Source of the DNA: Octopus sinensis
Taxonomy: Eukaryota
Assembly (NCBI RefSeq): GCF_006345805.1
Contig: NW_021833188.1
Coordinates: 1 to 28,698 of the forward strand
DNA length: 28,698 nucleotides
Direction of reading: 5' to 3'
Position numbers and translations under genes: made by a program. Shown piece after piece: positions 1 to 10,921 of the stretch; position 1 is the first letter of the stretch; every line of letters starts with the position of its first letter. Below the pieces are notes generated by a model. That model was given only the letters and a program-made list of their open reading frames with translations, ran no database searches and had not been told where the DNA came from.

Positions 1-170
1 CCCCGCCACCATTCCTGTATAAATTTTTGAATCGGAACATCCACCGATCCCATTCCCGGACTGATAGAGGGCCTTGAGCGCCTGACGACATTCTAGGTGC
101 CAGGCGCTAATAATAATAATATAATAATATAATAATAATAATTACTAATAATAATAATAATAATAATAAA
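1..170 (+). mobile_element. Possible 3' end of a retroposon: terminal 8-bp-stem hairpin followed by a (TAA)n tail
   Basis: AGCGCCTG (77-84) and CAGGCGCT (101-108) form a perfect inverted repeat, followed directly by (TAA)n at 108-170. A stem-loop plus simple-repeat tail is typical of LINE/SINE 3' ends. No ORF was recognised. Confidence 0.3.
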
Positions 171-717
171 TGCCTGATGCAGTACCAGGCAGTGGCTCTC
201 ATTGCTTCTGATCTTAACTGATTGGAAGTGTTATCAGTACATTGTTTTGTCTTGGTATAAAAGATGGGCTACAGCAAATTCTGCTCAATACCACAGATTT
301 GCTTGTCAGTTGTTTGACCTTAACCAGTTGAGCATGTCCCTTAGTGGCTGACGATATGTGCATCTCTGATCACGAGCAGAAAGTAGGGGGAGCATCATAA
401 CCATGTGTTGAGAGGGATTCTTTGGGGTTTGAATAATTCAACTCTGGAAACATGGGTGTCTCGTTCAACATCTTAAACAACCCTTATTCAGGGATCTTTT
501 GAGTGGGATGGGCTACTCAACCTGAAGAAAATTCTAACGGGCCCCACTTGCAAGGTCATGTGCTGTTTATCTTGATATGAGATCACCATGTCGCGCACAT
601 ATGGTGTGATACATGTGCCTGGTGTACCTTTATCAGACGGGTAGTCATGATGGGTATATATTGGGCTTCGATATTTACCCCAGTGTCACTTTGATGGCAT
701 GCACTGCTCTCTAACTC

Positions 718-780
<63 letters not shown>

Positions 781-793
781 TTGATAATAATAA
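170..793 (+). mobile_element. ~550-bp interspersed repeat ('element X') with (TAA)n tail at 718-793; probably a non-autonomous retroposon or LINE 3' region
   Basis: Complex non-coding sequence between two (TAA)n tracts. Its last 43 nt (676-718) recur in reverse complement at 23460-23502 with 41/43 identity, again next to (TAA)n. Orientation is inferred from that truncation pattern. Confidence 0.65.
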
Positions 794-794
794 T

Positions 795-1033
795 CCTATA
801 GGCAAAAGATCTAGAATTTGAGGGGTTGTGGTCAGTCGATTACATCGAACTCCAGTGTTCTAACACGCATTTTATCGACCCCGAAAAGTGATTATCATTA
901 TAATAGTCCCTTTTACTATAGGCACAAGGCCCGAAATTTGAGGGAGGGGGATATTCGATTCAATTGACTGACCCCCGTGCGTATCTTTTACTTCAAAGAC
1001 CTCAAAAGGATGAAAGGCAAAGTCAGCCTAGGC
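795..1033 (-). mobile_element. Two partial tandem SINE family A copies (3' halves; 795-890 and ~905-1033)
   Basis: Reverse complements of family A motifs (TTTATCGACCCCGAAAAG, GGATGAAAGGCAAAGTC, GTCGATTACATCGA, ACTATAGGCACAAGGCC) shared with copies at 7461-7597 and 12159-12385. Confidence 0.7.
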
Positions 1034-1149
1034 GCCTTTTTTAATAATAGCGGTTTCAAATTTTACCTCAAGGCCAACAATTTAGGTGACGCCTTGCGGA
1101 TTTCATCGCTATGACAGTAATTTTGACGATAAAAATAATGCATACACTT

Positions 1150-1520
1150 GTATAAATATATGTGTGTGTATATGTGTGTGTGTGTGTGTATAACTGCTAT
1201 AAATGCACATTTATGAATACACAAAAGAAACTGCATATATACGTATCTACGTATGTATATATATATATATATATGTGTGTATGTATAGGTTTTACATATA
1301 CATATAATTGTATATGGCTACAAACACACACAGTCATACAAACAATTATATATGTGTGTTTGTGTGACACACCATACATATATGTGTGTATGTGTGTGCG
1401 CGCGTATATACACATGTATCTATATATACATATATGTATATATACACACACACATACATACATACATACACATATGTATATATATATGTATATAGATATA
1501 TATTTATATATGCACACACA

Positions 1521-1563
<43 letters not shown>

Positions 1564-1585
1564 CATTTACATATATGTAAATCAT

Positions 1586-1617
<32 letters not shown>

Positions 1618-2186
1618 GATATATCTATAATATATATATATATTATATTGTTTATATATACATATATGTAATATACATAATGTGCGCGTAAATCTGTTTA
1701 TTTTTATACATACATCCCTATACGCACAAACGCTCCTATAGACATAAACATTGATCGGCACATACATAAGTGCAGACATACGACTGACATGTGCGTGTGT
1801 GTGTTTATAAAACTCCCGACCTATTCCCGTAACTACGCTGTCTACACCCACCACCTGCTACCTAGAGGAACTACAAGTGTGTTAAGTTAAGTAATACAGA
1901 GAGAGAGAGAGATGTAGGAAAGGATAACAGATTTGATATATGTAAGAACTACGGTTGCCTGATATTTGGAATATGTAACACATTTTCACACATTTAGCTT
2001 TAATAACATATGATATGATATATATATATATATATATATACAAACACTCACACATATATATATATACGTATTATATTTATATGTATATATATATTACTAT
2101 CTCTCTCTCTCCTCTCCTCTCTCTCTATCTATCTATGTATCTATCCATCTATCTACGTACCATATATATATATATATTTATTTATA

Positions 2187-2241
<55 letters not shown>

Positions 2242-2250
2242 TATAGATTG
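1150..2250. repeat. Compound (TA)n/(CA)n/(TG)n/(CT)n microsatellite field
   Basis: Visible dinucleotide runs at ~1150-1680 and ~2015-2250. They account for the YIYI/CVCV ORFs. Confidence 0.9.
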
Positions 2251-2365
2251 CGTGGTTTTGTGGTAAGAAGCTTACTTCCCAAACACATGGTTGTGGGTTC
2301 AGTTCCATTGCGTGGCACCTGGGCAAGTATCTTCTAGTATAGCTTCATGCCGGCCACAACAAGAC
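2250..2365 (+). mobile_element. SINE family B, 5' fragment with tRNA-like head
   Basis: CGTGGTTTTGTGGTAAGAAGCTTACTTCCCAAACACATGGTTGTGGGTTCAGTTCCATTGCGTGGCACCTGGGCAAGTATCTTCTAGTATAGC aligns with the head of the full copy at 11444. Confidence 0.8.
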
Positions 2366-2418
2366 CAATGATTTTTTTTTCCAAGGTCTGATGTCTCCCG
2401 CCCCTAAGCCCTAGACCA

Positions 2419-2826
2419 TCACCTAATCGTCTCAACATTAGTAGTAACAGCAATAGGAGTAGTAATATCAGCAGCAGCAGCAGCAGTAGTAGTAATGGTA
2501 GTAGTAGTAGTAGTAGTAGTAGAAAGGGGGCAAGTACGGCAACAGCACGACGCCGCTGCATCCATCATTTGTTGCTGATTCCCTGCTCCTGTTGGGGGTG
2601 ACATCTTTGTACCACTCAAACGACAACCCTCCAATCCATGGTCATGGTCCTGTTTCGGGTAGTCTTTGCTGACGAGAGTTTCACGAGGTCGGAGTGCAAA
2701 TCCTACGTTTAATCGCCTTTTATAATATGCAAAAGAAACGTTGGGTCCATTCTTTGGCATGCGGGTCCTCACGCAGCAGTTATTCGAAAAGCTTAAAAAA
2801 AATTGGTAATGTGTATCGTGTATAAG
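2419..2826 (-). CDS. Candidate exon/ORF of unknown protein (...FSNNCCVRTRMPKNGPNVSFAYYKRRLNVGFALRPRETLVSKDYPKQDHDHGLEGCRLSG...)
   Basis: About 400 nt stop-free frame in GC-balanced unique sequence, ending in Thr/Ala trinucleotide repeats. Possible weak acceptor TTTTTTTTAAG near 2792. No homologue recognised. Confidence 0.25.
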   Translation of the reverse strand, partial: LIHDTHYQFFLSFSNNCCVRTRMPKNGPNVSFAYYKRRLNVGFALRPRETLVSKDYPKQDHDHGLEGCRLSGTKMSPPTGAGNQQQMMDAAASCCCRTCPLSTTTTTTTTITTTAAAAADITTPIAVTTNVETIR

Positions 2827-3010
2827 GGCTTAGCAGCATTTCGTCCGTCATAACGTTCTGCGTTCAATTTCCTCCATGGTCGGCTTTGCCTGTCATCCTT
2901 TCAGGGTCGATAAAATAAGTACCAGTTGAGCACTGGTGGTGGTGGAGGGGGTCAATGTAATCGACTTACCCCTCCCCCGAAATTGCCTTGTGCCAAAACT
3001 TGAAAACAAT
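2827..3010 (+). mobile_element. SINE family A, 5'-truncated
   Basis: GCTTAGCAGCATTTCGTCCGTCATAACGTTCTGCGTTC...CTTTGCCTGTCATCCTTTCAGGGTCGATAAAATAAGTACCAGTTGAGCACTGG...GTCAATGTAATCGACTT matches 12159-12385. Confidence 0.85.
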
Positions 3011-3258
3011 ATGTTTTATATATGATGCATGAGCGCTAAAGAAATGCGTCCTCTGGACCACATGTGATACAGGGAAAAGGCACAAATGAATACGGTAATT
3101 ACATAACATCCGTTCCGCGTTCGAATCTTGCTGGGGTCACCATTCCTCTTTTGAGGGTTTATAAACAAACAACCAGTAATTAATCGGGTTCAATATATTC
3201 TACCGTTTCCTCGATACGCACATACGCGCGCGCACTCACACACACACACACATACACA

Positions 3259-3295
<37 letters not shown>

Positions 3296-3597
3296 TACAT
3301 ATACGCTTTCACAACTGCAAGTCTTTTGGAAGTGTATTGATTTTTCTACTAATTCAAGAGATGATTAGCAATTAACATATTTAGTGTTAATTAGGAAGAT
3401 AGAAAAGTTGGCATTTTTGTTGTTGCTATTGTTTATAATTACTTTTATTTGTTATTTTCAAGCTTTGAACATGTGTAATTTATTATGTATTTATATATGT
3501 TATAGATAACACACACACACACACACACATACACACACAGACGCGTACACACCCTGACGCACTCACTCATATACATATATACATACAGCAATCTTCA

Positions 3598-3680
3598 GAG
3601 AGTGAGAAAGAGAGAGGCAGAAGGAGAGAGATACAGAGGGAGAGAGAGGCAGAAAGAGAGAGAGAGAGAGAGAGAGGCAT

Positions 3681-3718
<38 letters not shown>

Positions 3719-4135
3719 CATGTTATACACACATACTCAAACATACAAACACACATACATACACTTATATTATCACTTGATACTATGTATATAGAAATTG
3801 AAATATATATTATGTGTCTGTGTATGTGAAGGAGAGAGAGAGAGAATGAGAGAGAAAGAGATAGAGAGAGAGTGAGAGAGAGAATGAGAGAGAAATAGAG
3901 AGAGAGAATGAGAGAAAAAGAGAGAGAGAATGAGAGAGAAAGAGAGGGAGAATGAGAGAGAGAGAGATGAGAGAGAAATAGAGAGAGAGAATGAGAGAAA
4001 GAATGAGAGAAAGAGAGAGAGAGAGTGAGAGAGAGAATGAGAGAAGAAGAGAGAGAATGAGGGAGAGAGAATGAGAGAGGAAGAGAGAGAGAGAATGAGA
4101 GAAAAAGAGAGAGAGAATGAGAGAGAAAAAGAGAG
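3598..4135. repeat. Polypurine (GA)n tracts with periodic AAT interruptions
   Basis: 3598-3716 and ~3830-4135 are nearly pure purine on the + strand, with recurring GAGAATGAGAGA units. Confidence 0.9.
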
Positions 4136-4377
4136 ATTTTACGTGTTTACGTGTGCATCTGCGCATGAGTGCGTGTATGCATGTATGTATGTAGATGTGC
4201 GCGCGTACGTGTGTACATCATGGTACGCTAATTCTGTTGGAGAATTACATGAAAAGTACACATGTCTGTCGAATGCTCAGTGACGTAAAGCTTAACTCAG
4301 AAGCAAGCAGGTTACTCAGATTGTCTTAGAGCTGAATCATATCATCCATCATCCCTCTCTTCGATAGAAATCCAGCG

Positions 4378-4476
4378 ATGCAGGCGTGGTTGCGTGATAA
4401 GAAGCTTACTTCGAAGCCCCACATGGTTCCGGATTCAGTCGTCCGACTACGTAGCATTTTGGAAAAGTTATCTTTC
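4378..4476 (+). mobile_element. SINE family B, degraded 5' fragment
   Basis: GCAGGCGTGGTTGCGTGATAAGAAGCTTACTTC...CACATGGTTCCCGGATTCAGTC resembles the family B head. Confidence 0.65.
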
Positions 4477-4589
4477 AGCAGAGACAAAATTTAACCTAAA
4501 TTTGAGACACCAGCAAATGCACGTTCCCACTGCTTTATCGATCGCATTCTCACATGGAATCGATTTTTGTAATTTTTTTAAAGACTTAC

Positions 4590-4657
4590 ACGCGCCCTGA
4601 TACCGTCGGTATCTACTTATCAAATTTGAGCGCATCGGATGGAGGATGCCCAAGATC
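4590..4657 (-). CDS. Candidate 68-nt internal exon (phase 2 to phase 1), peptide ILGILHPMRSNLISRYRRYQGA
   Basis: Minus strand reads GTGTCTTCTAG|GATC...GCGCGT|GTAAGT, giving good acceptor and donor consensus. Only one of three frames is stop-free. It is a CpG-rich unique island between repeats. Confidence 0.35.
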
Positions 4658-4966
4658 CTAGAAGACACACATACGACAGACAGAACGGATATATATATAT
4701 ATATATATAATATATATATATATATATTATATTATATATACATATACATATATACATACATCTTTATGTATATAAATGAGCAACAAAGTTATACAGTTGT
4801 CAATCCTTTACGGCCGTTTCAAGCGACTCCTTTAATTGATTAATGAAAACATTACATCATAGTAAAGGAACACAAAGACCAACCAACTGTTTTAACATAT
4901 TCGTATCACCAACTGGAGCTCAAGTATTTACATTGATTCTGCTTGCTATTTCTTTGGCTCACCTAC

Positions 4967-5078
4967 CCTGGAGTCTGCACCTTCAGAAATATTAGAGAAA
5001 ACATTTTTATATATATTACATGTCTGAACAACCAAGAGTGGATCTCTTCACTAAGTCGGGTCGTGTTATCTACATACA
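4967..5078 (-). CDS. Weak candidate exon (112 nt, phase 1 to phase 2), YVDNTTRLSEEIHSWLFRHVIYIKMFSLIFLKVQTP
   Basis: Acceptor GATATTCTTACAG| and donor CAGG|GTAGGT, open frame, phase-compatible with 4590-4657. The 3' third is AT-rich and looks intron-like. Confidence 0.18.
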
Positions 5079-5205
5079 CTGTAAGAATATCAAGTGCAAA
5101 CACTTCTGTACAGAGTTTGATATCCACCTGATATTGTTTGGGTGTGCAAATGAGATCGACCTTAATAAGGTGCCTCAATTTAAGTACCTAATTCAGCTGA
5201 ATATA

Positions 5206-5239
<34 letters not shown>

Positions 5240-5246
<7 letters not shown>

Positions 5247-5537
5247 ATCACGTGACCGACCAGTCCATCAGATGTTGCTACACATCGCTGGTCACATTGC
5301 ACTTCGCACTGTTTTAGCCTTCGAATGATGCCACCCCGCTGGCTGAGCGAGGAGGCCAACAGAAAAAAGAGTGAGAGAAAGAGTGGTGAAAGAGTACAGC
5401 AGGGATCACCAACCCCTGCCGGAGCCTCGTGGGGCTTTTAGGTATTTTCGCTCAATAAACACACACAACGCCCGTCTGGGAATCGAAACCGCGATCCTAC
5501 GTCCGCGAGTCCGCTGCCCTAACCATTGTGCCTCCAC
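5240..5537 (-). mobile_element. SINE family D, near full length, tRNA-derived head at the right end
   Basis: Minus strand begins GGAGGCACAATGGTTAGGGCAGCGGACTCGCGG...GGTTTCGATTCCCAGAC (A-/B-box-like). Its 3' ~115 nt recur at 25917-26034. It ends in the palindrome TCACGTGATCACGTGA followed by (AT)n. Confidence 0.85.
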
Positions 5538-5669
5538 ACACACACACACATACACACACACACACACAAACACACAAACACACACACATATATATATATA
5601 CATGTAATATATAACTCCCACACACAAGGACGAGATAAAAGAGCAATAAACAAGCTGTATTAGGTTTAC

Positions 5670-5717
5670 ACTCGGGAAAGTTGTAAGAAGTCGCTAACGT
5701 TTCAAGCCTACGCTCTT
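5670..5717 (-). CDS. Weak candidate 48-nt exon (phase 1 to phase 1), ERRLETLATSYNFPE
   Basis: Long pyrimidine tract TTTTCTTTACTCATCCATCCCCTCTGAAG| and a weak donor AGT|GTAAAC; open frame. Confidence 0.15.
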
Positions 5718-6220
5718 CTTCAGAGGGGATGGATGAGTAAAGAAAAGGATGTAGAGAAAGAAAAACAAGTAAGCAAACACACAAACAAACAAACAAACAA
5801 ACGTGTCTGTAATAAACAGTCACCACATACTGAAAATACCGGAAGAGGAAGATGTTGGCTTGTGATGTGGATGGTAAGGAAGAAATATGAATGTATGTCC
5901 ATATCTACTTTTGCCTGAGTGTGCATATTCATTCGTTGCACTAAACATACATACATGAATCATATTATTGTGTTGCGTAGTTGCGATCTCATATGCACAG
6001 CAAACGTACATCATTCATAAATATGTAAAACGAATACCTATGTGCGTGTGTACGTGCATGTTTGTATTTGTGTGCATATGGTATGTGTTTGCGTGTGCAC
6101 GTGTAAGTGTGTGTGTAGGGGGGGGCGTGCGCGTGCTCTGATGATTGGAGATCTTCAAAAGAAATGTTCCCACTTGGCCTAATTAGCGAAAGATGAAAGA
6201 CTAAAACATGAGAAAAAAAT

Positions 6221-6221
<1 letters not shown>

Positions 6222-6287
<66 letters not shown>

Positions 6288-6497
6288 CATCATTATCATT
6301 TTATTATTAAGGCAGCGAGCTGGCAGTATCTTTAGCACGCAGGGCGAAATGCTTAGCAGTATTTCGTCTGTCGCTACGTTCTGAGTTCAAATTCCACCGG
6401 GGTTGACTTTGACTTTCATCCTTTTGGGGTCGATTAAATAAGTACCAATTACACACTGGGAGTTGATGTAATTGACTTAATCCTTTCTCCCAAATTC
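6222..6497 (+). mobile_element. SINE family A (6311-6497) preceded by (ATT)n
   Basis: GGCAGCGAGCTGGCAGTATCTTTAGCACGCAGGGCGAAATGCTTAGC...GTTCAAATTCC...GGGGTCGATTAAATAAGTACC, colinear with 12159-12385. Confidence 0.9.
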
Positions 6498-6704
6498 CTA
6501 CACTGGACCTTAAAATACCTATCTAGGCCAATTGAACTGTTGCAGTAGTGAGAGCGCCGCCGAATACGACGGCTGCCGATATCTGATCCATGTCTTTGCT
6601 TTCTAATGACAAATTCTGCGACAGCACTTACACCAAACCGTTATAGATTTTTCATATTTCTTTGTGTGTAATCAGTGACATAGGGAGATAAAACTTGCAT
6701 AAAT

Positions 6705-7285
6705 TACTGCATCTGAGGTCATAAAAGAAGCATGGGCGCATTAGACGCATGCCAGCTCAGCATCGTATCTTCAGGAGAAAAAAAACGTTGTTAATGCATT
6801 AAACATGTAATATTTAAAACAATTTAAGAATACATCACAATACATTACAAAAAGGCCTTAGCTATAGTAGAAAACATTACTGTATATAAAAAGTAAGAAG
6901 GCAATACAGCTGAACGTAAAGCAAGAAACAACCACCAGAATAAAAATATCTTTCATGATTACTTGCAATAAAAGATGCAAGAAAAGCAAAACAGAATATA
7001 CTTTATAAAAAGCAAGATTCCACCGCGGATGAACATAAACCAAAACGTATAAACAAAATTTTTAATCACCTTCAAAACCAGACAAATCCTTATAATTAAA
7101 TCCTATAAACTTGCCATTGCCGTTGCTGATATCTCGATTGACGTCACTGTCTTCAAATCATGCATCGTCTTCTGTGCCACCAAAGGTATTACTAATGCCA
7201 CACTTATAAAGCTTCACAATTATTTCAGTTTTTGCAGTTCAAGTATTGATGGTTTTGACTTTTGACACCAAGCCAGCAGGTTTTT
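6705..7285 (-). mobile_element. Decayed pogo-family (Tc1/mariner superfamily, POGK-like) DNA transposon, 3' part
   Basis: Contains the transposase C-terminal remnant at 7062-7259, then an AT-rich 3' region. It ends in a degenerate ...TGCGTCTAATGCGCCCATGCTTCTTTTATGACCTCAGATGCAGTA reminiscent of pogo subterminal/TIR sequence plus TA. The right boundary is approximate. Confidence 0.55.
7062..7259 (-). pseudogene. pogo-type (DDE_1) transposase C-terminal remnant with two in-frame stops
   Basis: Translation VKTINT*TAKTEIIVKLYKCGISNTFGGTEDDA*FEDSDVNRDISNGNGKFIGFNYKDLSGFEGD* matches the 'IVKSFKKCGISNALDGTEDD.L.E' motif and the acidic F.GF tail of POGK-like transposases. Confidence 0.7.
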
Positions 7286-7292
7286 TTTTTTT

Positions 7293-7597
7293 GAGTGGGT
7301 GGATGTCGATTACCACGACGTCACTACTTAATTAGTACTTATTTTATCGAAAGATATAAAGCAAAGACGACCTCGGTGGTTTTGAACTCAGAACGTAAAG
7401 ACGGATAAGCATTTTGTCCAACGTGCCAACGATTCTGACAGGTCGATGCCTGACTTAGCAAATAATAATCCTTTCTACTATAGGTACAAAGCCTGAAATT
7501 TTGGGGAGAGGACTGGTGACTACATCGACCCCAGTGTTTCATTAGTACTTAATTTATCGACCCCCGAAAGTATGAAAGGCAAAGTCGAACTCGGTGG
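7293..7597 (-). mobile_element. Two tandem SINE family A copies (7293-7450 with head; 7461-7597 3' half with ATT tail)
   Basis: Reverse complements of GAATCGTTGGCACG, GTTCTGAGTTCAAA, GCCTTTCATACTTTCGGGGGTCGATAAATTAAGTAC and GTACCTATAGTAGAAAGGATTATTATT. Confidence 0.8.
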
Positions 7598-7944
7598 ACC
7601 CTACCAAATAATAATGATAATATTTAAGCAAATATCATTATCATAGTGAAGGACATGGTAGAAGTTAATTTCGTACAGCCAGCGTAAAGGACAAAATTAG
7701 CTTAGGGGAGGCTCAACTTCGCATAGGGGACCTGTGGTGGGTTTTGATTTTTGAAATACGGTTTTCGAAAAAAAAAAATTGCTGGTTTTTTACAAAAATA
7801 ATCTTGCTCCAGAACCTGCCATGGGTAAAATTCTAGTATCAGTGCTAACAAAAATAGGGAAACCTCGAGAGATATTCATTTAATACATTCGTTATTGATA
7901 TAAGTTTATGTTAATGTGTGTTTATATTAGGTAATAAATTGGTA

Positions 7945-8035
7945 GGGTCGATAAAATGAATACCAGTCATGAACTGGGGTTGATGTAGTAGATAACTTCG
8001 ATCTTTAAAATGGTTGATTTTCTCAAAAATAAGAA
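7945..8035 (+). mobile_element. SINE family A, degraded 3' fragment
   Basis: GGGTCGATAAAATGAATACCAGTCATGAACTGGGGTTGATGTA matches the family A 3' module. Confidence 0.55.
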
Positions 8036-8270
8036 AGATCGATGTGTTCATATTTCACAAGCACACGCATGCATGCATACACAGAGAAAAGGGACGAGAG
8101 AGTAGGGATCCTTTAAATGACCCCTATGAACCTTATCTGGGTACACGTATCCTACGATGCATTTTCTAAAAGGAAAATAATGCATTATTCTTGTAGGGAG
8201 CTAATATTGCAGTCAGCGTGTTTCAGGATGGGAAACGTGTTCGTGCGTCAAAGCTGTATATATATATATA

Positions 8271-8331
<61 letters not shown>

Positions 8332-8466
8332 AAGTGGGGGGAGGAAAGTAAGAGTGAGGGTGAGAGATGAAATAAGGATTAGCAGAGACAGAGAAAGAAA
8401 ATGAATGAATCTCTTTGCGTATAAGCGTGTCGGTATGTGTCACTACATGCACGCACACAAGCAGAC

Positions 8467-8501
<35 letters not shown>

Positions 8502-8608
8502 ACACACGTACACGTACATATATATATGTACAAAGAGGGAGAGGGAATCAATGAAGCTTGTATGTATGATGAAAAATGTAGCATACGTGATCTTCAGCCA
8601 TATGTACG

Positions 8609-8740
8609 TTATTATTATCATTATTATTATTATTATTATCACCATCATCATTATTATTATTATTATCATTTTCATTGTCATCATTATTAGTATTAATGTT
8701 ACTATTATTAGTCACCACCTTCATCATCATCACCATCACC

Positions 8741-8772
<32 letters not shown>

Positions 8773-8915
8773 CATCATCACCATCAACACCACCATCATC
8801 ATCATTGTCATCATCATCATCACCACCACCGCCATCATCATCACCATCATCATCACCATCACCATCATCATCACCATCATCACCACCACCACCATCATCA
8901 CCATCATCACCATCA

Positions 8916-8951
<36 letters not shown>

Positions 8952-9130
8952 TGTCATCATCATCACCATCATCATCACCAGCACCACCACTACCACCACC
9001 ACCACCACCACCACCACCATCAACATCAATCACCATCATCACCATCATCATCATCATCATCATCGTCATCATCATCGTCGTCGTCGTCGTCATCGTCGTT
9101 GTTATTGTTGTTGTTGCTGCTGTAGTATTA
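8609..9130. repeat. Compound trinucleotide tract (ATT)n-(CAT/CAC)n-(CGT)n-(TGT)n
   Basis: Visible directly; source of the poly-His, poly-Ile, poly-Met and poly-Ser ORFs. Confidence 0.9.
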
Positions 9131-9289
9131 TTTGTGACTACACTGCTCTATTTTGGGCAGATAGAATGCTAAACCGAAAGTTCACATTCCTTAACACTGT
9201 TGCTTTACAGGGTTTTGCATTAACGCTAATCGGATTTACAAGACTCTCATACGTATTTTGAAATCTTATCCCTGTGTGTGATGCTCATA

Positions 9290-10530
<1,241 letters not shown>

Positions 10531-10921
10531 AACGTTTCTATGTCTACCTGTTTATGTGTCATTCTTTCATGCAGTCAGTCGTCTGTCTGTCTCTTACTCT
10601 CCCTCTTTCTCTTCCTAATCACTACATGGTGAACTTTGCGTCGATAAACGTAAGTTCTAGTCCAAAGCTGTAGTGTGATGAGGGCTGGCTATTAACAAAG
10701 ATACAAAGCCCCATCATTGGAATGCAGATAACAAATTGAGAAAATCTTTCATAGGTTTACTGTTCAACTTACAGATTACTTTTGTAAAGTTCGTGTTAGT
10801 GGTTGGTTTTTCTTCTTCTCTGAAAACCCCCAGCTTATCCAGATTGTTCTCGAATCATACACTTACAAAACCAATTGTACCAAGTATAACTGGTATAAAA
10901 ATGAAGTTATAAACTAGGCTT

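Noticed and set aside
5460-5537. Genuine tRNA genes at SINE heads (also 12159, 13363, 19532)
   Set aside because: A/B boxes are present, but each runs straight into a repeated SINE body with no complete cloverleaf or T-run terminator.
6535-6750. Plus-strand 'PPNTT' and 'VIKEAW' as a second pogo/Tigger transposase
   Set aside because: The motifs are short, stop-interrupted and not in a continuous frame. The second overlaps the minus-strand pogo end, so they are probably chance.
7700-7870. DNA transposon terminus
   Set aside because: No matching second terminus or TSD in the window.
8437-9261. 274-aa His-rich protein and overlapping poly-Met, poly-Ser and poly-Ile ORFs
   Set aside because: These are translations of trinucleotide microsatellites open on both strands, with no domain and no splice support.
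10760-10910. Micro-exons ending at two GTAAGT donors on the minus strand
   Set aside because: Weak exon-side consensus, very short frames, and no supporting homology.
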